In this document: positions 1-8,565 of the stretch, piece after piece
How the letters are laid out: each line of letters begins with the position of its first letter
Position numbering within the stretch: position 1 is the stretch's first letter
Origin: a bacterium
Lineage (GTDB): Bacteria > JADJOY01
Direction: 5' to 3'
Length of the DNA: 64,000 nucleotides
Assembly (NCBI GenBank): GCA_046331705.1
Contig: JAXLQJ010000012.1
Span: forward strand, 1 to 64,000
Program-made: the position numbers and the translations under genes
Notes under the pieces: generated by a model
Told to the model about the DNA's origin: nothing
Database searches by the model: none
The model's input: the letters and a program-made list of their open reading frames with translations, nothing else

Positions 1-204
1 GCCGAGATGGCACGCGTAGAGCGGGAACGATCGCTCGCCGCACGGGATGCTCGCGAGGCGCTCGAGACGGATCAGCTCGGGCGCGGACGCGGCGAGCGCC
101 TCCAGCCGATCGAGCTCCGGCAGGGAGCGCAGCGCGAGCAGCTCGCGGATCGTCGCGCGCGAGTGCGGACGGCGCGGTGCGTCCGCCCGGTCGGAATCGG
201 TCAT
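1..204 (-). CDS. N-terminal part of a gene running off the left edge; possibly M14-family zinc carboxypeptidase
   Basis: ATG at 204, open to position 1 (MTDSDRADAP...LPELDRLEAL...GERSFPLYACHLG). The family guess rests on this N-terminal pattern only. Confidence 0.4.
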   Translation of the reverse strand, partial: MTDSDRADAPRRPHSRATIRELLALRSLPELDRLEALAASAPELIRLERLASIPCGERSFPLYACHLG

Positions 205-339
205 GGTCCGCGCCCCCGGAGCGAGCGCGCGGCGATCTCGTCCCTCACGACGGAGCGGGCTTACTCGCTCCGTGTGAAGACCGCGTGTCGGCAGCGAAAC
301 GTCGCGCGCGCCGTGCTCGGCCGCGCCGCGTTCGCGCGC

Positions 340-1548
340 TCAGAACTCGAGCGTCTGCGCGTAGATGTAGGTGGGCGCGAGCTGGCCTTGCAGCCAGAAG
401 ACGTCGGGGCCATCGACGGGGCTCGAGTAATCGTAGAGCCGAAACGTTCGCGCACCGCGCGGCACCACGCTCGGAAAGCAGGTGTCGCCCTTGGAAGGCA
501 GGTCCACGAGAAAGCTCACGGTGAGCGCCTCGCCGTCCACGCTCCACACCGAGCAACGCTTGGGGTGGAACCAATAATCGAGCTCGTAGACGCCCCATTT
601 CAGGATCTCGAGGGGCAGATCGTCGCGCCCGAGATCGTAGTTGCCGGTGTCGGTGACGTTGCGGCGGCCGATCAGGTAGAGCTCGTCGCCGACGCGAAAG
701 AGCAGCGGCGAGTCGTATTTCTTGGGGTCGGTGGCACAGGTCCAGCTCGTGATGTCTTCCTTGGGTGCGCGGCAGATCTTCGAGCCGAAGCCGTCGGAAT
801 CGCCTTCTTCGTTTCGCACCACGGCGTAGAGGTTGCCGGCGCGATCGAACTCGATGGTGGTCTCCGAGGTGCCGCCCTCGAGAACCACCGGCTTGGCGGG
901 ATCGAACGGGCGCCACGTGAGCCCGTCGTCGGTGGTCAGCAACCACACCTGAATCGGATCGCCCGAGAAGTTGTAGATGTTGTCGCCGCCCGTGTAGCCG
1001 ACCAAGAGCGGCACGCCGTCGTGGATCTTGGTGCGCCACGGGATGAACGTGTCCTCGAAGGTGCGCACCGGCTCCGTCCACTCGCCGGCGGCCACGCGCT
1101 TGGTCACGTACATGCCGCCGGGCACGAACGTGAGCGGGTTCTCGCCGAGCTGCGCGAAGTAGAGGAAGAGCTCGCCGTTCCAGGATAGAAAGCGCGGCTC
1201 GCGCAGGTCGCTCCCCATCTGGATCGTGGCCTCGTGGCTCCACGTGACCTCGTCCGTGGTGCTGAGGACGTAGAGCGTGGTGTCCGGCGACGCGAAGTGC
1301 GACGGCGCCGTGCGAAACGCCAGGAAGAGCCGGCCGTCGTGGTCGACGATGTCGAGATTGTTGTTGGACGTCTGATCGTGGACCTGCGGCGGCAATCCCG
1401 CGCTCGGCACCACCTGGGCGAGCGGACCGAGCGTGGGCACGACCGGCCCGGAAGACGACGAGCCCGAATCGCCGCAGGCCGCACCGAGCACCAAGGTGAG
1501 CCACGCGAGGAATGCGGGCGTGAAGCGTTTCGATCCGGTCGATGCCAT
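340..1548 (-). CDS. Secreted lipoprotein, probable beta-propeller (sialidase/BNR-like)
   Basis: ORF 340..1668, likely start ATG 1548. Hydrophobic stretch plus lipobox (LGAAC), and Asp-box-like motifs STTDEVTW and TTDDGLTW. Confidence 0.65.
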   Translation of the reverse strand: MASTGSKRFTPAFLAWLTLVLGAACGDSGSSSSGPVVPTLGPLAQVVPSAGLPPQVHDQTSNNNLDIVDHDGRLFLAFRTAPSHFASPDTTLYVLSTTDEVTWSHEATIQMGSDLREPRFLSWNGELFLYFAQLGENPLTFVPGGMYVTKRVAAGEWTEPVRTFEDTFIPWRTKIHDGVPLLVGYTGGDNIYNFSGDPIQVWLLTTDDGLTWRPFDPAKPVVLEGGTSETTIEFDRAGNLYAVVRNEEGDSDGFGSKICRAPKEDITSWTCATDPKKYDSPLLFRVGDELYLIGRRNVTDTGNYDLGRDDLPLEILKWGVYELDYWFHPKRCSVWSVDGEALTVSFLVDLPSKGDTCFPSVVPRGARTFRLYDYSSPVDGPDVFWLQGQLAPTYIYAQTLEF

Positions 1549-1895
1549 GCGTGCGCTCCCGCACCAGCGGCGGCACGGGAAGCGCGCGAGAGAGCGCCGC
1601 ACCCGCCGCCGCGAACGTCGTTGCCGAAGGTTACGCGTGCACGGCCGCCGCGAGCAACGAATCTCCACCCCGGCTCACGCGCTCGTGTGACGTTCGCGTC
1701 ACATGCACTCCTGGCGACTCAGCCGCGCGCCAGCGAATGCCCAACGAGCCGAAAATGAGGAGCCCCGCTTCGTCTTCGTCGTGTCCGCTGCCGACGGCGT
1801 TTGGTCCCACGAGTGTCCGTGGTGGGACCGTTCGTCGCCGGGTGTAGACTCGTTTTCACCTATCCGCGGCGACGCGCGCCGCACGGGAGCGAGAC

Positions 1896-2351
1896 ATGGA
1901 CACGCAAGCCATTCAGGCCCTCGCGGCGGAGGCCGTGAAGACGGTCGGCCCGTGGCTGCCGGTGCTGGTCAACAAAGCCGTCGAGAAGACCGGTGAGGCG
2001 ATCCCAGGAAGTGTCGCGAGCGCGTGGAAGGCGCTCGTGGTCCGACTCAAGGGCAAGCCCGAGGTGAGCACCGCCGTGGCCGATCTCGCCGCCAGCAAAG
2101 ACGACGCCGACCTGCAAGCCCAGCTCCGCGTCCAGCTCAAGAAGCTCCTGCTCTCGGATCCCGATCTCGTTCGGGAGCTTGGTGCGGCGCTCGGCCAGGC
2201 GGCGCCGCGCCAAACCCATCAGGTCGCCGTCCAGCACTCGCCGGGCGCCACCGTTGCTTCGGGCGACGGCGCGATCGCGGCGGCGCAGGGCGCAACGGTC
2301 ATCGTGGGCGCAGGTGATCGCGCACGCAGCGGGGACGAGCGCGAGCGATGA
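1896..2351 (+). CDS. Small helical protein (Bell/HeLo-like candidate effector) with C-terminal G/A/T/V-rich motif
   Basis: 151 aa, GGGAG upstream of the ATG, stop overlaps the next start (ATGA). About 100-aa amphipathic helical region, then GATVASGDGAIAAAQGATVI, which recurs in the two downstream genes. Confidence 0.75.
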   Translation: MDTQAIQALAAEAVKTVGPWLPVLVNKAVEKTGEAIPGSVASAWKALVVRLKGKPEVSTAVADLAASKDDADLQAQLRVQLKKLLLSDPDLVRELGAALGQAAPRQTHQVAVQHSPGATVASGDGAIAAAQGATVIVGAGDRARSGDERER

Positions 2352-5209
2352 GCGCCGAACGCGACAAGCAGCTCGCCACCGCCAAGAAGCTCTACGCGTC
2401 CGGCAAGATCTCGGCGAAGCAGTATCAGGCGCTCACGGGCACCCCCGTGCCCGCGGGGCTGAAGCGCCGCCCGTCGCCGCGCGTCCGGGCCGGGAAGGGC
2501 GCCACGGTGGCAGCGGGGGACGGTGCCCGAGCAGCCGCCCGCGACGCCACGATCATCGACCAGGTCCACGGCGACGTGTACGTCGGCAAGCCCGCCAAGA
2601 GCGCCCGCGAGGCGCTCAGGATCTATCGAACGGTTCTCGCCGCCACGACCGGTCAGCTTCCGCTCAGGGGCTTGCTGCCCGGCGCGAGCGACCCGTCCTC
2701 GGCACGACCGCTGCCGCTCGCGGACGTGTACGTGGCGCTCGACACGCGAGGCGGCGAGCCGGGACGAGCGGGCACACCCGACGAATCGGAGATCCTCGAG
2801 TCAGCGCGTCCCGGGCGCGAGCGACAGCGGCCGCTCTCGGTGCTCGCAGCGGTCGCCAAGCACCCTCGGCTGGTGCTGCTGGGCGATCCGGGCTCCGGCA
2901 AGTCCACGTTCTCGAATCATCTGGCGCTCGTGCTCTGCATGCACGCGCTCGAGCCGAAGCAGCGCTGGCTCGATCGGCTACCGCGCTGGCCGAAGGGGCT
3001 GGCGAGTTTGGTTCCGGTGTTGGTCGTGCTCAGGGACTTCGCGGCGGCACTTCCCTCGCCGCTTCCCGAGCGCGCGGTGCCCGAGCACCTCGCGAGTTTC
3101 ATTCGGCGCCGCCTGGCCGAGCAGAAGCTCGCGTTCGCCGGCGCGCCGCTCGAGCGCGCGCTCGACGAAGGCGACGCGCTCGTCGTCTTCGACGGCCTCG
3201 ACGAGCTGCCATCCAAGGATCAACGCCTCTTCGTTCGAGACGCGGTGGCCGCGTTCGTCGCTCGCTTTCCGAAGAGTCGCTACCTGGTCACCTGTCGAAC
3301 GCTCTCCTACCAGCCGCCGCCCACGCCCGAGAACGAGGAGGCCGAACCCGAGCCCGAACCCGATCTCAGGCTCGATCCGAAAGACTTCCCGAGCTTCGAG
3401 ATCGCGCCGCTCGACGACGCCAAGATCCACGGCTTCATCGAGCACTGGTATCGAGAGGTCGCGCGGATCGGCGCCATTGCCACCTCGGGGGTCGCGGGCG
3501 GCATCGCCAAGCTCAGGGTGGCGGTTCAGCGTCGCGATCTCGCCCGCCTTGCGCCCAACCCCCTGCTCTTGACGGTGATGGCATTGGTACACACCCATCA
3601 CGGCGAGCTTCCCGACGCACGCGCACGGCTCTACGAGGAGGCCATCAACATCCTCCTCTGGCGCTGGGACCAGACGCGCCAGGGACGCCGTACGCCGCCG
3701 ATCCGCGAGCGCTTGGCGGACGCGCAGTGCACTGAATCAGACCTGCTGGGAGTGCTGTCGCGACTCGCCTTCGATGTGCACGCCAACGTCGCCGACGCCC
3801 CGGACGGGGAAGCGGTTGCCGACATCGGCGAGCTGGATCTCATCAAGGCGTTGGCGCGGCTCAATCACGGCGACCTCAACTGGGCCGAAGGCCTCGTCGA
3901 AGCCATCAAGCTGCGGGCCGGGCTTTTGGTCGAGCGCCGTGCCGGCGTGTTCGCGTTCCCGCACCGAACCTTCCAGGAGTTCCTCGCTGGTTCGCACCTC
4001 GGCGGGCTCCCCGACTTCGCCGAGCGGAGCACTCGGCTCGTGGCAGCATCACCGATCTGGCGAGAGCCCGTGCTACTCGCCGTCGGGCGCCTCGTGCACG
4101 TCGGACGTGACCGAGAACGGCCGCAGGGTCTCATTGCCAATCTCTGCCCCGAGAGAGTGCGAGACGACGAGGCTGGATGGAAAAAAGTGTGGTTCGCTGG
4201 GGACGTGCTCGGCGAGATCGGCGTTGCGCGGATGCGTGGCACCGAGCTCGGGCAGGATCTCGCGGCGCGGGTTCAGGATCGAGTCGTCGCGCTACTTCGC
4301 GGCGGAAAACTCTCACCCCGCGAGCGCGCGGAAGCCGGCGTGACGCTGACTCGGATCGGCGACCCACGGCAGTCGGTGATGAGCGTCGATGGTCTCGAGC
4401 TGATCGAGATCCCCGCAGGGCCGTTCCTCATGGGCGACGAGTACCACCCGCTCGATCTCCCGAGCTTCCAGATCTCCAAGTTCCCGATCAGCAACGCGCA
4501 ATACGCCGAATTCGTGGAGGCGGGTGGGTACGGCGAAGCGCGCTACTGGAAAGAAGCGATCGCGGCCAAGATCTGGAAGAGCGGCCGGGTGACTGGCTGG
4601 GACGGCGAACCGCGTGATCGACCAAGTCGGTACCGCGTCCCATTCGGGCTCGCGAATCACCCGGTGGTCGGTATCACGTGGTACGAGGCGCTGGCCTTCA
4701 CGCGGTGGCTCACCGAGCGTCGCTGCGAGCTCGGCAAGATGGAGCCGGGTTCCGAAGTGCGTCTCCCCTCCGAGGCCGAATGGGAAAAGGCGGCGCGCGG
4801 CGGCCTCGAGCTTCGGCGCGGGGAACGGAACGACGACCCGAAACGCGAGTACCCGTGGCGGGGTGACATCGATCCGCAGCGTGCGAACTACCGCGACGCC
4901 GGAATCGGCGCCACCAGCGCTGTCGGATGTTTTCCGGGTGGCGCCAGCCCCTACGGAGTCGAGGAGATGAGTGGCAACGTCTGGGAATGGACGCGAAGTG
5001 CGTATCGGGACGTCCCGTACGATCCCGCCGACGGACGCGAGAAGCTCGATCAGCCGCGAAACGTGAGCCGCGTTCTTCGTGGCGGCTCGTACTTCCTCGA
5101 AGCTCCCTACGTTCGTGTCGCGGTCCGCGGCAGGTCCGGACCCGGCGGCCTCTACGGCAGCATCGGTTTTCGGGTGATTGTTTCGTCCCCATCCGACTCT
5201 GGACCCTGA
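2348..5209 (+). CDS. NACHT-type NTPase with C-terminal FGE-sulfatase (SUMF1)/C-type lectin-fold domain (NLR-like protein 1)
   Basis: Walker A GDPGSGKST, Walker B LVVFDGLDE, LVTCR, NPLLL, FPHRTFQEFLA. FGE motifs HPVVGITWYEA, RLPSEAEWEKAARG, MSGNVWEWT, RVLRGGS, IGFRV. Confidence 0.92.
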   Translation: MSAERDKQLATAKKLYASGKISAKQYQALTGTPVPAGLKRRPSPRVRAGKGATVAAGDGARAAARDATIIDQVHGDVYVGKPAKSAREALRIYRTVLAATTGQLPLRGLLPGASDPSSARPLPLADVYVALDTRGGEPGRAGTPDESEILESARPGRERQRPLSVLAAVAKHPRLVLLGDPGSGKSTFSNHLALVLCMHALEPKQRWLDRLPRWPKGLASLVPVLVVLRDFAAALPSPLPERAVPEHLASFIRRRLAEQKLAFAGAPLERALDEGDALVVFDGLDELPSKDQRLFVRDAVAAFVARFPKSRYLVTCRTLSYQPPPTPENEEAEPEPEPDLRLDPKDFPSFEIAPLDDAKIHGFIEHWYREVARIGAIATSGVAGGIAKLRVAVQRRDLARLAPNPLLLTVMALVHTHHGELPDARARLYEEAINILLWRWDQTRQGRRTPPIRERLADAQCTESDLLGVLSRLAFDVHANVADAPDGEAVADIGELDLIKALARLNHGDLNWAEGLVEAIKLRAGLLVERRAGVFAFPHRTFQEFLAGSHLGGLPDFAERSTRLVAASPIWREPVLLAVGRLVHVGRDRERPQGLIANLCPERVRDDEAGWKKVWFAGDVLGEIGVARMRGTELGQDLAARVQDRVVALLRGGKLSPRERAEAGVTLTRIGDPRQSVMSVDGLELIEIPAGPFLMGDEYHPLDLPSFQISKFPISNAQYAEFVEAGGYGEARYWKEAIAAKIWKSGRVTGWDGEPRDRPSRYRVPFGLANHPVVGITWYEALAFTRWLTERRCELGKMEPGSEVRLPSEAEWEKAARGGLELRRGERNDDPKREYPWRGDIDPQRANYRDAGIGATSAVGCFPGGASPYGVEEMSGNVWEWTRSAYRDVPYDPADGREKLDQPRNVSRVLRGGSYFLEAPYVRVAVRGRSGPGGLYGSIGFRVIVSSPSDSGP

Positions 5210-5210
5210 C
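4307..5210 (+). repeat. Copy 1 of a ~0.9-kb dispersed repeat (FGE/CLec domain coding sequence)
   Basis: Colinear with 7481-8382, with offset 3174 before about 7908 and 3172 after about 7935. Long identical stretches include 5028-5090 and 5158-5210. Confidence 0.9.
5078..5209 (+). other. Putative DGR variable region (VR1)
   Basis: Differs from 8250-8381 at 14 positions in 10 codons, all of which change amino acid. Flanked by identical sequence, and lies between RGGS and GFR of a CLec-fold domain. Confidence 0.75.
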
Positions 5211-5227
5211 TCGCGCGAGGATGAGCC

Positions 5228-8200
5228 ATGGCGTTCGATCTGGAGCGGTGGAAGGGGGAGCTGCGCGAGGGGCTCCGGGATTGGCCGGCGAGGATGAAGC
5301 TCGCGGGGGTCACCTCGGTGTATTCGTTTCTGTCCGCGTCGGCGTTGTGGCCCGTCGTGGAGGCGCTGGGGAAGGGTGAGTACTCGGCGATGCTCGCGCT
5401 CGCTGGCGTTGCGGGGAGCGTGGGGACGAATCTGCTGGCCAATCGCATCGAGGCTTGGCGAGGGAAGGCCGAGAACGATGTGGCAGGTGATCTGGAGCGT
5501 GCGCCGATCGAGCCCGAGTTGCGTGAGGCGCTCGACGCGATTCTGAATCAGCTCGGTGCGATCGAAGCCGCGCGTGCGGCAGCGCCTCCGTCCGAATGGG
5601 AGCGCCTGGTGGATCGCTTGGTGCAAGAGCTTCGCGAAGCGGGGAGCGGCGACCGCTTCGACGTCACGGTTGGCGATCATTCGACGGTGGCGGTCGGAAC
5701 GAACGCGATTGCGTTGGCCCGGGGCGCGACGCTCGTTCACGTCGACAACATCGGCCCGGGCGGCCGGGCGGATATCCGCATCGAGAACGACGGCGAGACC
5801 TCGCGTGTCGAGCGGGCGCGTGCGCACTACCTGGAGCGGTTGATCGGTTACTGCACCGCACTCCCGCTTCCGGCGCTCGGTGGCAAGGTGGGGGCGGACG
5901 AGGATCTGAGCCTCGACGATGTCTACGTCCAGCTCGATACGACGACGCGGATCGACGCCGACGGGCGGGTCGTGGGCGATCGGCCGATGAGCCCGGAGGA
6001 CGCGTCGCAGGTGCGGGCTCTCAGCGCTCTCGAAGCAGCGGGCCGAGCAACCCGCCTCGCGATCGTCGGTGGGCCGGGTAGCGGCAAGAGCACGTTCGTG
6101 AAGAGCCTCTTGGTCAAGGTCGCCCGCGCCCAGCTCGGACGTGGCGAGCCACTTGCCGAGTATTCCGCGGAAGACACGCCAGTACTCGTGACCTTGCGCG
6201 AGCTCTCCGACCGGCTGCTGGCAGTGAACACCCACGGCATGTCGGGCGATCGCGAGCGCGCCGCGCTGGCGGGAGCGGTGCGTGAGCTGGTGGAGGCGCA
6301 GGCGACGGCGTGGGAAGCGCCCGAGTTCGCAACGCCCCTCGGACGCGCGCTGACGACGGGCAAGTGCTTGCTGGTCCTCGACGGCCTCGACGAAGTGCCC
6401 GAGGTGACGCGACCGCTGGTTCGCAAGGCGGTGGATGCGGTGCTGCGTCTCTACCGGCCGGCGCGGGTGGTGGTGACTTGCCGCACACGGTCGTATCAAG
6501 GGGAAACACAGATCCCCGACTTCGATCGCCACGAGCTCGCGCCCTTCGACGACGAGAAGATCGAGGCCTTCGTCCGTGCTTGGTATCGGGCCCTGGAGAA
6601 GTGCGGGAAGTTTCTCGCCGACGACGCCCACCGGCGCGAAGCGGATCTGATCGCAGCGGCGGTCCACGATCCGAAGCTCCGAGAGCTGGCCGAGAATCCG
6701 ATGATGCTCACGAGCATCGCGATCATCCATCGCCAGAACGTCACGCTGCCCCGTGAGCGCGTGCGTGTGTACGCGCTGCTCGTCGATTTGCTGTTGCGCC
6801 GCTGGGAAGCCGAGCGTACCGGCCTCACGCCAGTGGATGCCGCCGCCGTGCCGGACAGGCTCACGGCGCTCTTGGCGGAGCCGGCCAAGCTGCGCGAGGT
6901 CGTCGAAGAGCTCGCCTTCGCCGCGCACGGCGGCGGCGCCAGCGGCGCACTCGCGGAGCTGACGCGCTCCGCTGCTCGGGAGCTGCTGGAGCGAAAGGAG
7001 TGCCTCGGCGATGTCGCGCTGGCCGAGGCGTTCTTGAGCTACATCGATTTCCGCGCCGGGCTCCTGAGCGGCTTGGGTGGCGAGGCGAGCCAACCGGCCG
7101 TCTATCGCTTCCCCCACCAGACGCTGCAGGAGTATCTGGCCGGCTGTCGGCTGCTGCGGGGGCTCACCAGCACGCGCGTTCGCCAGATCTTCGACAGTGC
7201 CAAGGGTGACGAGCGGTGGCGAATTCCGGTGCGCTTTGCCGCCGAGGAGCTGCTGCACAACACGCCGCGCAACGGCGATCTCGAGCTGATCGAGCTGGCG
7301 CGCTCCCTCGCGGGCACGCGGGAGGATTCGAGCGTCGAGTCACAGCGCGCGCGTCTCTGGGCGGGCGAGATGGTGGCGCTTCTCGGCGCCGAACGCGTCT
7401 CGAGCGACACGTCAGGTCCTGTGGACGGCGCGAAGTTCCTCGGCGAGACCCGGACAAACCTCGTTCGGCTGCTCGGAAGCAAGCTCGGCCCCATCGAGCG
7501 AGCCGACGCTGGCGTTGCTCTGGCGCGAATCGGTGACTCGCGAAGGGCGGTGATGAGCGTCGATCGCCTGGAGCTGGTCGAGGTTCCTGCTGGACCGTTC
7601 CTGATGGGAGACCGGTATCAGCGGCTCGATCTCCCGCGCTTCTGGATCTCCAAGTTCCCCATCACCAACGCGCAGTACGCCGCGTTCGTGGAGGCAGGTG
7701 GATACGGCGACCCGCGCTACTGGAAAGAGGCGATTGCGGCCAAGGCCTGGAAGGACGGACGGGTGACCGGCTGGGATGAGGAGTCACGCGATCGACCACG
7801 TCAGTTCCGCGTCCCATTCGGGCTCGCGAATCACCCGGTGGTCGGTGTGACCTGGTACGAGGCGCTGGCCTTCACGCGGTGGCTCACCGAGCACCGGCGC
7901 GCACTCGGAAGCTCTCACCCGAGGGCGAGGTGCATTGCCATCGGAAGCAGAGTGGGAGAAGGCGGCGCGCGGCGGCCTCGAGCTCGCGCCGGGGAAGCCG
8001 AACGAAGACCCGAAGCGCGAGTTCCCGTGGCTGGGAGCCATCGATCCCCAGCGCGCGAACTACGACGACACCGGAATCGGCGCCACCAGCGCCGCCGGAT
8101 GCTTCCCGGGTGGCGCCAGCCCCTATGGCATCGAAGACCTGAGCGGCAACGTCTGGGAATGGACGCGAAGCGCGTACCGGGGTCTTCCCTACGATCCCAC

Positions 8201-8381
8201 CGACGGACGCGAGAAGCTCGATCAGCCGCGAAACGTGAGCCGCGTTCTTCGTGGCGGCTCGTTCTTCAACGCTGCTCCCTTCGTTCGTGTCGCGGCCCGC
8301 GGCAGGAACGGACCCGCCTACCTCGACGTCAGCATCGGTTTTCGGGTGATTGTTTCGTCCCCATCCGACTCTGGACCCTGA
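5228..8381 (+). CDS. NACHT-type NTPase with N-terminal helical domain and C-terminal FGE/CLec domain (NLR-like protein 2), interrupted by two 1-nt deletions near 7908-7935
   Basis: GGPGSGKST, LLVLDGLDE, VVTCR, NPMML, FPHQTLQEYLA. The FGE domain continues through two frame changes (KLSPEGEV, then LPSEAEWEKAARG...IGFRVIVSSPSDSGP, stop 8381). The tail of the 1200-aa ORF to 8830 is out of frame. Confidence 0.85.
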
Positions 8382-8382
8382 C
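7481..8382 (+). repeat. Copy 2 of the ~0.9-kb dispersed repeat (FGE/CLec domain coding sequence)
   Basis: Colinear with 4307-5210 and 2 nt shorter. Confidence 0.9.
8250..8381 (+). other. Putative DGR variable region (VR2)
   Basis: See VR1. Retains two AAC codons (8268, 8307) where VR1 has CTC and TCC. Confidence 0.75.
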
Positions 8383-8565
8383 CCCTCTGTCCCCTGGCCT
8401 CTGGAGCCTCAGTCCGAGGCGCTTCTGCACCCGTGCGACTCCGCCACGAGGGCAGGTGGCAGGGCGTGCTACTCACGCGCCGCGGGATGGGTGGATGCGC
8501 CGCGCGCGCCGTGATCTACACTGGTCGCGCGACTCAACTCGACGCGACCGCCGCCGAGGACTCTC

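Noticed and set aside
4307-5209. Formylglycine-generating enzyme or ergothioneine EgtB activity for the FGE domains
   Set aside because: The catalytic Cys pair of FGE is absent between RGGS and GFR, and there is no DinB domain. A binding role fits better.
4313-7258. Long antisense or alternative-frame ORFs (also 15825..18713, 24466..26748, 44482..47043, 46496..49471, 58333..61173)
   Set aside because: They overlap well-supported genes and are expected by chance at this GC content. They carry no independent motifs.
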